Positions 50,144 to 60,111 are shown, counted from the stretch's first letter. The stretch: DNA of 64,000 nucleotides from Spirochaetales bacterium (GCA_016342585.1 JAEINK010000011.1:29757-93756); one strand, 5' to 3'. Program-made: numbers and translations. The notes: generated from the sequence alone by a model not told the origin.

Positions 50144-51523
50144 ATGGATTTGATGAACAAATTAACCTTGAAGGAAAAATTGATATACTCCATGGGGAAC
50201 CTGGGAATATCCTTAATAACCGTAATCCATATGCTCTTTCTGGTTTATTTTTTCTTTCCGCCCAAAGATGCGGGGATCCCCTATCTGGTTCCCCAGACCT
50301 CTATCGTTATCGGACTCACCGTATTGGGGATCATCCTTTCGGTCGGAAGGCTTTTTGACGCATTCATCGATCCTGTAATTGCTTCTATCAGCGACAACAG
50401 CCGGTTCAAAAAGGGGAAGCGTACACCCTTCATGCGTATAGCAGCCATACCCTTCGCCGCCTCCTACCTCTTACCCTTTTTCGTACCGGTTACCGACGGG
50501 ATAAGTACCTGGAATATCGTCTGGCTTGCCGTCTCCATGGTATTAAGCGCCACCGCCTTTACATTTTATGCCATACCCTTCTATTCACTCATGGTCGAGA
50601 TAGCAAAAACATCCGAAGATAAGGTAGATCTGGGAACCATTTCCAGTGCCTTCTGGTTTGTCGGATTCCTGATAGTCTCCTTCTCATCAAGTCTTTGGGG
50701 TGTGTTTCAAAGCAGCTTCGGAATGGAAAAGATCATTGCTGTCCGTACCTCCTTCATCCTGGTCGCTGCCCTGGGAACCATCTGCCTGCTCGTCCCCGCC
50801 CTTTACTTCGATGAACGGAAATTCGTAAGCCGGCATGAGAAAAAGATAAATGTTCCTTTAATTCCCGCACTGAAAAAGGTTGTGAAAAACGGTAATTTCC
50901 GGCTTTACCTTATGAGTAATGTGGGTTACACCCTGGCAACAACCATGTTTGAGTCGGGTCTTGTCTACTTCATAACCGTTCTGGCCTTAAAAGAGGCCGG
51001 TGTTCAGGGGCCCCTGACCACGGTGATTGGTGTGCTCACTCTGGCCTCCTATCCCCTCATCAATAAACTGTCTAAAACAAAGGGCAAGAAAAAGGTAATG
51101 CAGCTGGGTTATTTTCTCTTCATGCTGACCTTCCTCTCTATAAGTGTACTAGGGCTATGGGGAATCAACAGTTGGTTTTTTCTCGGGGCTGTCGTACTCT
51201 TTGCTCCTTTTTCACAGGCTGCCTTCGGGATCCTGCCTCAGGTTATTACAGCTGACTGCGCTGCCTGGGATCTTCATAAAAGTGGTGAAGACCATTCCGG
51301 CATGTATATGGCCGTTAATGGTATGTTTGCAAAAATCGGCGGGAGCCTTGCGACTATTCTCTTCACATCTTTTCTGCTTTTGGGGAAGGATGCGGGGAAT
51401 GATATGGGAATTCGGGTTGCCGTAATATTCGGTGCGGTTCTATCTGGCCTGGGAATCCTGATCATGAGCCGTTATAACGAAAAAGAGATCCTCTCCTACA
51501 ACAAGGATGAAGCCCAGGTATGA
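50144..51523 (+). CDS. MFS transporter, GPH (glycoside-pentoside-hexuronide) family
   Basis: R.FDAFIDPVI...SD....GKR.PF motif; 12 TM. Confidence 0.9.
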   Translation: MDLMNKLTLKEKLIYSMGNLGISLITVIHMLFLVYFFFPPKDAGIPYLVPQTSIVIGLTVLGIILSVGRLFDAFIDPVIASISDNSRFKKGKRTPFMRIAAIPFAASYLLPFFVPVTDGISTWNIVWLAVSMVLSATAFTFYAIPFYSLMVEIAKTSEDKVDLGTISSAFWFVGFLIVSFSSSLWGVFQSSFGMEKIIAVRTSFILVAALGTICLLVPALYFDERKFVSRHEKKINVPLIPALKKVVKNGNFRLYLMSNVGYTLATTMFESGLVYFITVLALKEAGVQGPLTTVIGVLTLASYPLINKLSKTKGKKKVMQLGYFLFMLTFLSISVLGLWGINSWFFLGAVVLFAPFSQAAFGILPQVITADCAAWDLHKSGEDHSGMYMAVNGMFAKIGGSLATILFTSFLLLGKDAGNDMGIRVAVIFGAVLSGLGILIMSRYNEKEILSYNKDEAQV

Positions 51524-52593
51524 GTGAAATTGAAAAAATTATTAGAATGGCGGATACCTACTGCCGTCAGAATGACCCCGAAAAGATGAATTGGAGCTGG
51601 GGTGAGGCTTTGGTTATGTACAGCCTTTCTGAACTCGATTCCCTTATCAATGAAGAGCGATATTTTAAATACTATAAAAGATATGCCGACAGCCATTATA
51701 AAAAGGGCATTACGGTTGATCAGTCCGACACCTGTGCTCCCGCACTCATCACTCATCGGTTATATCAGAAGACAGGAGAACTCCCATATAGGGAGATGAC
51801 CGATGCAGCTGTTGCCTATCTTAAAAATGAACCGAGGTTGATCGGGGATCTGATCAATCATAACGGCCACAGCCGGGATTCACGGGATTATCCCAAAAGT
51901 ATCTGGATCGATTCTCTTATGATGTCGGGAGTCTTCGGTTCCATCGCCGCACGGGATTATGGTGATGAAGAACTTATGAAGTTCGCCATGAAACAGCCCG
52001 ACCAGTTTTCCCGATATCTGCAGGATGAGGAAACACGCCTTTATCATCACTCCTGGTGGAAAAGACTGAATAGGGCCTATCCCCGTAAATTATTCTGGGG
52101 CCGGGGGAATGGATGGGCGGTGGCAAGTTTCGCTTTCATGTACAGGTTTACCTTGAGCGAAACTTGCGCCGAGCATTTGAAGGATGTAAGTGCTGCCCTC
52201 CTTGAATATCAGCGTGATGATTTTTATTTTGATACTGTTTTTAATAAACCGGGAGACAACTACCGGGAATCGAGTGCAACAGCCTTGATAGCCGCCGGCT
52301 GGCTGGCGGGGATCCGGGAGGGCATCCTTGGACAGGAGTATCTGGAGCCAGCTGTTAAGGCCTTTAAGGCCGTTGTGGAGAATTTTGAGTACTCGGGGAA
52401 AGATGTTTATATGACGGAGACGAGCCTCTGGACCATACCCATGTTCTTCATGCCCTACCGCCTCCGGATAGGACCCTATCCCGGTTATAAATACGTGAAG
52501 AAGGGCAGGAATGTCCCCTATGGTGTGGCCTCCCTGATACTGGCTGCTGTTGAGTATGAATCTTTAAAAAAGGAGCAGCCGGATGTCGAATGA
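51520..52593 (+). CDS. Glycoside hydrolase family 105 (unsaturated uronyl hydrolase, YteR-like)
   Basis: W.WGE, IWIDSLMM (catalytic Asp), YHH.W, WGRGNGW and ESSATA motifs; no signal peptide. Confidence 0.88.
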   Translation: MSEIEKIIRMADTYCRQNDPEKMNWSWGEALVMYSLSELDSLINEERYFKYYKRYADSHYKKGITVDQSDTCAPALITHRLYQKTGELPYREMTDAAVAYLKNEPRLIGDLINHNGHSRDSRDYPKSIWIDSLMMSGVFGSIAARDYGDEELMKFAMKQPDQFSRYLQDEETRLYHHSWWKRLNRAYPRKLFWGRGNGWAVASFAFMYRFTLSETCAEHLKDVSAALLEYQRDDFYFDTVFNKPGDNYRESSATALIAAGWLAGIREGILGQEYLEPAVKAFKAVVENFEYSGKDVYMTETSLWTIPMFFMPYRLRIGPYPGYKYVKKGRNVPYGVASLILAAVEYESLKKEQPDVE

Positions 52594-54640
52594 AACCAAA
52601 ACGGAGACAAGTGGCTTTGATCATGAGTTTTTCAGAACGACCGGGGTTCAGGATTTCAAGGTGAGTGAGACCCTGCCGCCTCCCGAGGGGTATCCCCGGG
52701 AAGCCAATCCCGATACCTACTCCCGGCAGCCCTTTGCGGAAAGTTATGAGGAGAGGAGGCGGGCGTTTATTATATTCTGCCTTTCCAATTCCGGAACCGG
52801 TACGGTAAAGGGGTTTTTCTATGAACTCATCCGTCTCGCCGAAGAGGCGGGACCTGTTCACTACGGAAAGCTTTTTGGTGCTATCGAGTATATCAATGAG
52901 CGGCGGGATTGTGCCGACTTTGTTCTCTCCGGGATTATCCGGATGGCAAAGCAGTTGGCCTGTTCCACCTTGATGGATCCGGAACTCCTGACCGCGGCAA
53001 AAAGATGTATCCTCGATTTTAAATACTGGCCCGATGAGCCGGGGATCGATTCTATGTGTTACTGGACCGAAAATCACCATATCCTGTTTTCGGTCAATGA
53101 ATATCTGGCTGGAAAGATGTTTCCGGAGGAGGTTTTTACCAATTCGGAGATGAAGGGGCTGGAGAAATCCATCCGGGCCGAAAAGCGTATCCGTAAATGG
53201 ATGGAACTCCGATTTAAGAGCGGATTCATCGAATGGCTTTCTAATGTCTATTATGATGAAGACTTTGTCGCCCTCCTGAATCTGGTAGACTTTGCCGATG
53301 ATGAGGCGCTTCAAACCCGTGGTGCCATGATAGTCGATCTCCTCCTCTACGATATGGCCGCCAACTCCTATTATGGTCAGTTTGTATCCACCCATGGGAG
53401 AACCTATACAAGTGAGAAGAAATCCGCCCTGGAAGAGTCGACAACAGACACATCCAAACTGCTTTTCGGTATGGGGCTATTTGCTAATAAGGATAATATG
53501 AGCGCCGTCGTTTTTGCCTTAAGCGGGAGATATAGAATGCCGGAGGTCCTTTTTGATATTGCCGCGGATACGGGCCGTCCGGAACTCCTTAACCGGCAGC
53601 GGGTGAGTATCCGATTTAAGGATGCAAAAAAATGGGGATATGGTAAAAAGAACCTGACCTCCGCCATGGGACTCCTCTCTTTCGGTGGATACTCCCATCC
53701 ACGGACCATAAACCGAATGGTTCTTCTTTTGGATAAGTATGGCTGGTGGAAGAATAAATTCTTTCTCGAGTTCCTGCCCTTTAAAAAGGTGATCGGTCTG
53801 GGAAAATATCTGGGGCTTACCAATCTTTTTGCCCTCCTTTTCCGGAAAGACCTGTCGAGAAATGCCATGACCGAAGGGAATCTCTATACCTACCGGACGC
53901 CCGATTATATGCTCAGCACCGCTCAGGATTACCGGAAGGGGTATGGCGGGGATCAACACCATATCTGGCAGGCCTCTCTTGCTCCCCGGGCGGTTTGTTT
54001 TACCACACACCCCGGTGGTCTGGGCAGCACAGCTCCCAATGGTTACTGGCATGGAAACGGATATATGCCCCGGGCTCTCCAGTATAAGAGTGTCAGTATC
54101 ATTATCTATAAGGGTACTACTTTTCCTTCGGTCATTATGGGAAAGTTGATGCGTTTTACCCATGCCTGGCTTCCCCGGAATGAATTTGATGAGATCCGGG
54201 AGGAGAATGAATGGGTCTTTGCCAGGAAAGGGAAGGGGTATCTGGCCCTCTATTCCAGTAATCCATGCCACTGGCAGGAGGAGGGGGATGAGGCCGGTAA
54301 GGAGTTAATTGCTCCGGGTCTTAAGAATATCTGGATCTGTGAGATGGGAAGGGAAGAGAAGGATGGTTCATTCGAAAACTTCATAAAGCAGATTTCCGAA
54401 GCGGAGGTAAAGATCCGCGGACTAAATGGTTATTATTTCTCTCCCGGGCAGGGGCGGCTGGATTTCGGCTGGAATGGGCCATTCAAGCATGAGGGAAAAA
54501 AGGTCGGGATCCGAAATTATCCGCGATATGATAACCCCTACGGCCGGACGGAATTCGCTCCGGATGAAATCAGTATAAAAAGTGAAAAGAATTCCCTGTA
54601 TATGAATTTTGCAAAAGGTGAACGAGATGAAACCATATGA
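52583..54640 (+). CDS. Hypothetical 685 aa cytoplasmic protein, possibly a lyase/heparinase-like alpha-toroid plus beta-sandwich
   Basis: Long ORF overlapping both neighbours. Helical N-half with YWTENH and EWLS..YY motifs; beta-rich C-half with YTYRTPDYMLS, QHHIWQA and HAWLP. The fold is inferred. Confidence 0.75.
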   Translation: MSNETKTETSGFDHEFFRTTGVQDFKVSETLPPPEGYPREANPDTYSRQPFAESYEERRRAFIIFCLSNSGTGTVKGFFYELIRLAEEAGPVHYGKLFGAIEYINERRDCADFVLSGIIRMAKQLACSTLMDPELLTAAKRCILDFKYWPDEPGIDSMCYWTENHHILFSVNEYLAGKMFPEEVFTNSEMKGLEKSIRAEKRIRKWMELRFKSGFIEWLSNVYYDEDFVALLNLVDFADDEALQTRGAMIVDLLLYDMAANSYYGQFVSTHGRTYTSEKKSALEESTTDTSKLLFGMGLFANKDNMSAVVFALSGRYRMPEVLFDIAADTGRPELLNRQRVSIRFKDAKKWGYGKKNLTSAMGLLSFGGYSHPRTINRMVLLLDKYGWWKNKFFLEFLPFKKVIGLGKYLGLTNLFALLFRKDLSRNAMTEGNLYTYRTPDYMLSTAQDYRKGYGGDQHHIWQASLAPRAVCFTTHPGGLGSTAPNGYWHGNGYMPRALQYKSVSIIIYKGTTFPSVIMGKLMRFTHAWLPRNEFDEIREENEWVFARKGKGYLALYSSNPCHWQEEGDEAGKELIAPGLKNIWICEMGREEKDGSFENFIKQISEAEVKIRGLNGYYFSPGQGRLDFGWNGPFKHEGKKVGIRNYPRYDNPYGRTEFAPDEISIKSEKNSLYMNFAKGERDETI

Positions 54641-55964
54641 AATTCCTGAAAATCTCCTCCTGGGGACGGCAACCGCGGCAACCCAGATCGAAGGGGGGGA
54701 TGTAAACAGTAACTGGTATCATTGGGGTGAAGCCGGGCGCATAGCCGGAGATGGTTCTCCCATTGTAGCGGCGGATCACTGGAATCGCTATGATGAGGAT
54801 ATCCGGATAATGGCGGAGCATCACCACCAAATCTACCGCATGAGTATCGAATGGAGCCGGATTGAACCCCGGGAGGGGGAGTGGTCTGCCGACGGGATTG
54901 CCCACTACCGCGACGAGTTTGAAACCTTAATCCGGTCCGGTATCGAACCCCTGGTTACACTCCACCATTTTTCCCATCCCCAGTGGCTGGAGGAGAAGGG
55001 CGGGTGGACCTCCAGGGAGTCGGTTGACCTCTTCCTGCGGTTTACGGAAAAAGTGGTAGAGGCGTATGGTGATATAATCTCCGAATACTGCACAATAAAT
55101 GAACCGAATGTTTTTGCCCACGATACCTATATTCAGAATAAATACCCCGGCGGGAAGACCGACGACACGATGAGTTACTTCAGGGCCGCCCGGAATATGA
55201 TCCGGGCCCATCTTGGCGCCTATAAGCTGATTCATACCCACCGGGCGAATGCCGGTCATACCGATACCAAAGTAGGTTATGCCATCCACATGGCCTGGTT
55301 TGAAGCCCATCGGAAAAATCCACTATCAAGGATCAGCCGGGCCATCATGGATTATGCCTTTCACGGGATGTTCAATAAAAGCATGATGACCGGCAAACTA
55401 CCCTTGATCCTCGGCGGGGGGCGGGTGAAGAATCTCCACTCTAGAGGGTATTTCAGCGATTATATCGGGATCAACTACTACTCCCGGCATATTATAAAGT
55501 GGAGCTGGAATCCTGCCGTGCTTTTCGGTTCTGTGAATGTTGAAGAAAATCTTACCGGGGAGCAGCAGAACGATCTGGGGTGGGAACTCTACCCTCCGGG
55601 GCTTTATAAGGTCAGCCGGAAGCTTTTCTATCAGTATAAACTACCCGTATTCATAACCGAAAACGGCATCCCCGATGCGGAAGATCGGAAGCGGGGGAAG
55701 TATATAATAGAACACCTGGCCGAACTTAAAAAACTGATCGACAATGGCATCGATGTGCAGCGCTACTATCACTGGTCACTCCTGGATAATATGGAGTGGG
55801 ATGACGGATACGGTCCCCGGTTCGGCTTGATAGGGATTAATTATGAAAACCAGGAGAGGATAATCCGGAGGAGCGCCGAGCTGTATGCGGCAATCTGTCG
55901 GAACCGTGAAGTTAGTCAGGATATGATAGAGGAATTTTGCAAAGCTGCGGTGAGTCCCTCATGA
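54627..55964 (+). CDS. Glycoside hydrolase family 1 (beta-glucosidase-like)
   Basis: ATAATQIEG, SIEWSRIEP, TLHHF, TINEP (acid/base), ITENG (nucleophile) and WSLLDN.EW motifs. Confidence 0.94.
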   Translation: MKPYEIPENLLLGTATAATQIEGGDVNSNWYHWGEAGRIAGDGSPIVAADHWNRYDEDIRIMAEHHHQIYRMSIEWSRIEPREGEWSADGIAHYRDEFETLIRSGIEPLVTLHHFSHPQWLEEKGGWTSRESVDLFLRFTEKVVEAYGDIISEYCTINEPNVFAHDTYIQNKYPGGKTDDTMSYFRAARNMIRAHLGAYKLIHTHRANAGHTDTKVGYAIHMAWFEAHRKNPLSRISRAIMDYAFHGMFNKSMMTGKLPLILGGGRVKNLHSRGYFSDYIGINYYSRHIIKWSWNPAVLFGSVNVEENLTGEQQNDLGWELYPPGLYKVSRKLFYQYKLPVFITENGIPDAEDRKRGKYIIEHLAELKKLIDNGIDVQRYYHWSLLDNMEWDDGYGPRFGLIGINYENQERIIRRSAELYAAICRNREVSQDMIEEFCKAAVSPS

Positions 55965-56746
55965 AGGTGAAACTCACCCTCCAGACATTTACCATCCGGA
56001 AATATTTGAAAACGGTTAAATCGGCAGAGGATGCTTTGGCAAGAGTTAAGGAGTTGGGAATAGACGGGCTGGAGCTGGCAAGGGTGAAGTTCTCACCCGG
56101 GTACATCCATGCAATCAGCCGGATCTGCCGGGACCTGGATTTAAAGGTTGTCAGCACCCAGATGAAACTCAAGGAGATCGCATCCGATCTCGACTGGACT
56201 ATTCGAATGCATAATCAGCTTGGATGTTCCAACTGTGTTGTCTCGGTAATCTCCTTCAAACACCTGAAGGCCGGGGAGGAGGGGCTGAAGGCTTATGCCG
56301 AAAAGCTGAATGGTATTGGACGACGCCTGAAGGAGGAGGGGATATCACTCCTTTTTCACCACCATAATTATGAGTTTCTGCCAATTGGTAACAACTGCGG
56401 ATTCGATATCCTTAAAAATGGTTTTAACCCCGAATATGTAGGTTTGGTCCTGGATACCTATTGGCTTCAACGGAGCGGCCTGAATCCCCCTGCGGTAATC
56501 CGGGAAAACAGGGGATTGGTTAAGGGGGTTCACCTGCGAGACTTCAAATTGAAATCCCCCATTTCATCTCCCAAGATCACCGATGCCGCCCTGGGAGATG
56601 GAAATCTTGATTTCCAGGAGATCCTCTCGGCCTGTTCTGAATCGAGAGTTGAATATACGGCTATCGAGCAGGATACAAAGAGTCCATTTAAAAGTATTGC
56701 TTTGAGTCTGTGTCATCTTGAGGAGTGCAATCGTTCAATCTCTTGA
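55961..56746 (+). CDS. Sugar phosphate isomerase/epimerase (xylose-isomerase-like TIM barrel)
   Basis: HHHNYEF, LDTYW, HLRD, LGDG.LD and IEQD motifs; ATGA overlap with GH1. Confidence 0.88.
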   Translation: MKVKLTLQTFTIRKYLKTVKSAEDALARVKELGIDGLELARVKFSPGYIHAISRICRDLDLKVVSTQMKLKEIASDLDWTIRMHNQLGCSNCVVSVISFKHLKAGEEGLKAYAEKLNGIGRRLKEEGISLLFHHHNYEFLPIGNNCGFDILKNGFNPEYVGLVLDTYWLQRSGLNPPAVIRENRGLVKGVHLRDFKLKSPISSPKITDAALGDGNLDFQEILSACSESRVEYTAIEQDTKSPFKSIALSLCHLEECNRSIS

Positions 56747-56783
56747 CAGTGTCAAAAAAATGATGGTTAAATGAAGCCAGGAG

Positions 56784-57422
56784 GTGAGAGTTTTGAGCGA
56801 TATAAAAGAGCGGGTTCAAACCGGGAATAATGGAAAGATAATCTCCGAAATGGATTTATTGGAATATTTTAACAGTAAGGCCTATATCTGGGATCATATC
56901 TGTTCCCATGATCCGGAAAAACTCACCTATATCACCGAACTCTGTAGCATCATGCCCGGAGATCGTGTGCTGGATATAGCCTGCGGTACAGGAGTCATGG
57001 CTTCCCACCTTATCGGGACCGATGCCGACTTCATTACCGGGATCGATCTCTCCAACAGGATGATAGAACAGGCACGACGGAAGTTTTCCGACCCGAGGTT
57101 GAATTTTAAGGTTGGGAATATCTATGATTTTTCAACGCCCTGTTGGAATGTGGCTATTATCTATTCCGCCTTACCCCATTTCATGGACCGCATCGGGCTT
57201 GTGAATAAGCTTAGCCGCCTGCTGGTACAGGGCGGCCGGTTCATTGTGGCTCACAGTGAGAGTAGTCGGGTAATAAACAGGGTTCATAATAATCAAGCTC
57301 AGGCTATATCCATTGAGTTGAGATCGGCCGCGGAGGAGTCCCAGGTTTTTCGATCGAAATTCAATATAGATACATTGATCGATACCGATGAGCTTTATGT
57401 TTTTTCCGGGACTCTTAACTAA
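56784..57422 (+). CDS. Class I SAM-dependent methyltransferase (start possibly TTG 56793)
   Basis: VLDIACGTG, GIDLS..M and LPHF motifs; AGGAGG SD at 56779-56784. Confidence 0.9.
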   Translation: MRVLSDIKERVQTGNNGKIISEMDLLEYFNSKAYIWDHICSHDPEKLTYITELCSIMPGDRVLDIACGTGVMASHLIGTDADFITGIDLSNRMIEQARRKFSDPRLNFKVGNIYDFSTPCWNVAIIYSALPHFMDRIGLVNKLSRLLVQGGRFIVAHSESSRVINRVHNNQAQAISIELRSAAEESQVFRSKFNIDTLIDTDELYVFSGTLN

Positions 57423-57533
57423 CACCCCGCCTGCCATTACAAACCACCACGTTTCTATCATAATTGACTTCCTTCCCATAATTCTCTAACCTTTACATAT
57501 AGTTTTTCATCTTCCACGAGAAAAGGAGGAGTC

Positions 57534-58496
57534 ATGAAAAATATCAGGTCAATCTCAATCGTGTTGCTCCTGCTCATCTGTATGGTACCTGTTTTCGGTC
57601 AGTTTCAGGAGATAATGATAGAAGCGCTTCCCGATATGGTGGGAGCCCGGGTCAGAGTATCCACCGAAAGCGACGCTACCTTCCAGGGAACCCTCTACTC
57701 CGTCACCGATGAGTTCATCCTGATTCAGGACCGGGACGGGCAAATTCTTACCATCGTAAAAGCGGTGATAATAGAAGTTCTGCTCATAGATGCCGGCCTG
57801 GATGAAAAGGCCTACTATCAGGATTCCGCCTCAAACCGCCTGCTTGTCATGCCGACGGGCTTCCCCATGGAACCGGGGGAGTTCCATATCGCCGATCAGG
57901 AGATTGCCGCCGTTACCATGTCCTATGGGGTGAATCGTAATTTTTCACTCTGGGGAGGGATCAGTCTCCCCGGGGCTTTGGTGAGTGCCCGGTATATCTG
58001 GTCGCTTGGCGACAGGGCAGCCCTCTCTGTTGGTTCCTTTGCCGGGATCTCCTGGATGGAGTTTTTGGGTATTATTATACCCTATACCATATTCTCGGTG
58101 GGTGAGCCGGAGGATAATTTCACCCTCGGGGCCGGTACGGCCTTCACCTTTGATTCGGATGATTTTTCACTGGATGCGGCCATCCTTGTTCTGGGTCGGA
58201 AGTGGGTCCTCTCCGATACGACGGCCATTGTTACCGAAAACTGGATCATCTGGGGGCAGATAACCGATTACGGGGTTGATTATGAGACATCCAGTCGTGC
58301 CTGGGATTTCGTCCCCTGGATGATTGTTCCCGGTGTGGCTTTCAGGATAGCAGGGGAAAAGTTCAGCTGGGATATCGGTGTGGTCCTCCCCACCTGGGTC
58401 GAGCGGAGCTCCGGTGAGTATTATCTGGAAGGACTGGGTGGGAGAGGGACCTTTGTTCCCGTTCCACTTATTTCCCTGACCTACCGGATAGATTAG
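57534..58496 (+). CDS. Secreted hypothetical protein (Sm-like N-domain plus beta-rich C-domain)
   Basis: Signal peptide ending VFG-Q, strong AAGGAGG SD, and Gly/aromatic amphipathic strands ending LISLTYRID. Confidence 0.7.
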   Translation: MKNIRSISIVLLLLICMVPVFGQFQEIMIEALPDMVGARVRVSTESDATFQGTLYSVTDEFILIQDRDGQILTIVKAVIIEVLLIDAGLDEKAYYQDSASNRLLVMPTGFPMEPGEFHIADQEIAAVTMSYGVNRNFSLWGGISLPGALVSARYIWSLGDRAALSVGSFAGISWMEFLGIIIPYTIFSVGEPEDNFTLGAGTAFTFDSDDFSLDAAILVLGRKWVLSDTTAIVTENWIIWGQITDYGVDYETSSRAWDFVPWMIVPGVAFRIAGEKFSWDIGVVLPTWVERSSGEYYLEGLGGRGTFVPVPLISLTYRID

Positions 58497-58508
58497 GACA
58501 TCTTATTA

Positions 58509-59333
58509 TCAGGTTAAAAGATAACCTCTATCAGTCACGACCATCTCTCCCGTCACGGCAGATGAAAGGTTTGAAGCCAGATAGATAACCGTATTGGCCA
58601 CATCCCCGGCAGTAACGAGGGGGCTTGTTCCGTCGATCTGGTTCAAGGGGTTGCGTTTTTCGACCCTCTTCGCAAGTTCACCGGCTCCCTCGCGAAGCCC
58701 TTTGGAATCCACAAGACCCGGGGCCACCGCGTTCACTCTTATGGCATGGGGGCCGAGTTCAGCCGCCAGGGAGCGAGTAAAGGCGAGGACGGCCCCCTTG
58801 GAGGCATCATAGTGAACAGTTTGTCCGAATCCGGGGTGAATAGCGTTAATTGAAGCCATATTGATTATTGTTCCACGGCTCTTCGCACCTTCAAGAGACA
58901 GCTGGTTTTTCATTCGACGGGCCGCCTCCCTGGCACAGAGGAAGGTTCCCTTGGTATTAATATTGAAAATCTTCTCCCACTCCTCTTCGGGAAGGTCTAT
59001 CTGATCGTAGGAGCTGAAGATCCCTGAGTTGTTGATGAGGATATCCACTCTGCCGAATTGTTCATCACCGCATAGGGCATCAAAGAGTTTTTCAACCTCC
59101 GGGCCGCTGCTTACATCCGCCTGAAAAGCCTTTGCTATTCCGCCGGCAGCTTCTATCTCTTCCACAGTTAAAAAGGCTCCGGCTGAAGAGGAGTTATAGA
59201 CAATGGCGACCTTTACACCGAGGGATGCCAGGCTCCTGGAAATCTCCCTACCGATGTTAACTCCACCACCCGTAATAACGGCCGTTTTTCCTTCTAATTT
59301 TAGAAACTCACCTGCCTCTCTATTTATATTCAT
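58509..59333 (-). CDS. Short-chain dehydrogenase/reductase (SDR)
   Basis: TGGGVNIG, NNSG, YDASK and VNAVAPG motifs. Confidence 0.93.
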   Translation of the reverse strand: MNINREAGEFLKLEGKTAVITGGGVNIGREISRSLASLGVKVAIVYNSSSAGAFLTVEEIEAAGGIAKAFQADVSSGPEVEKLFDALCGDEQFGRVDILINNSGIFSSYDQIDLPEEEWEKIFNINTKGTFLCAREAARRMKNQLSLEGAKSRGTIINMASINAIHPGFGQTVHYDASKGAVLAFTRSLAAELGPHAIRVNAVAPGLVDSKGLREGAGELAKRVEKRNPLNQIDGTSPLVTAGDVANTVIYLASNLSSAVTGEMVVTDRGYLLT

Positions 59334-59453
59334 ATGCGCTTAATCTCCCCTCGAAATAGTAGCATAAAATCACAAGTAAAATCATCGGAACCCACTGTTA
59401 TCTTTTTAGTTAATATGTTTATACTTTTTATATATTAATAATAGGAGTCCCCA

Positions 59454-59972
59454 ATGGAAGCCCTTCTGATTTCAGGTGTTATTGTATTTATTGGACGTAT
59501 CCTCCAGGATCTATTCTTCAATTTTAAAATTGAGATGTTTAACCGGGGTAAGCTTTCGGGGGTCTTTGGAATTAATTTCATTGAAAGTATTATCGGGATG
59601 ACCGTCATAGCCATGGTTGTCCAGTATATCGATGAAGACCCCCGCTTACTGATATTTTTAGGATTAGGCTCTTCAGTCGGTGGCATTATAGTTATCAAAA
59701 TACGGGAATTGATGAATGTGAAAATAATCGGAGAGCGACAGTATTATGTCCGAATTTCTTTCATAGGAAATAAGGACCTTGTCGAGATCCTAAAGAAGGA
59801 GAATTATCTTTTTACGGTGGAAGAGCAGGAATTTCTTGACGGTAACATACGCACCGTAATCGAGGGGTCTCTTGAAAATCGTGCGCGTAAAGAGAAACTG
59901 AAAGGCATACTCAAAGGGCGCTCCGACAAGCTTGTTACGATTATCCCTGCCCGTGAGGTATACTGGGTCTAA
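59454..59972 (+). CDS. Membrane protein, UPF0316/DUF5698-like (3 TM plus small soluble domain)
   Basis: Hydrophobic N-half with F.E and G.G...G patterns, charged C-half; AGGAG SD. Confidence 0.65.
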   Translation: MEALLISGVIVFIGRILQDLFFNFKIEMFNRGKLSGVFGINFIESIIGMTVIAMVVQYIDEDPRLLIFLGLGSSVGGIIVIKIRELMNVKIIGERQYYVRISFIGNKDLVEILKKENYLFTVEEQEFLDGNIRTVIEGSLENRARKEKLKGILKGRSDKLVTIIPAREVYWV

Positions 59973-59984
59973 TCATTTTATTTT

Positions 59985-60098
59985 ATTCAGGAAGGGGAGT
60001 ATCCCCTTCGCTGCAGCCTGCCTTGTCCGTTCCGCTTTTCCGGCTCCGTCACCTCCGCCGGGCGGACCGGGGCACTCTTCCGCTAACCCCTCCTGAAT
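59985..60098. repeat. 114 bp GC-rich structured intergenic element with terminal inverted repeats (REP/MITE-like)
   Basis: Ends ATTCAGGAAGGGG and CCCCTCCTGAAT; internal hairpins GAAGGGGA-GTA-TCCCCTTC and TGCCTTGTCCG...CGGACCGGGGCA. Confidence 0.5.
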
Positions 60099-60111
60099 CC
60101 AATGGATTCAG

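Noticed and set aside
52448-54271. Long antisense ORFs (315, 250 and 154 aa) opposite the 685 aa gene
   Set aside because: No recognisable domains. The plus-strand ORF is coupled to both neighbours in an operon.
56743-56755. Perfect palindrome TTGACAGTGTCAA upstream of the methyltransferase
   Set aside because: Single short occurrence overlapping a stop codon and a likely -35 box; no second copy was noticed to support an operator.
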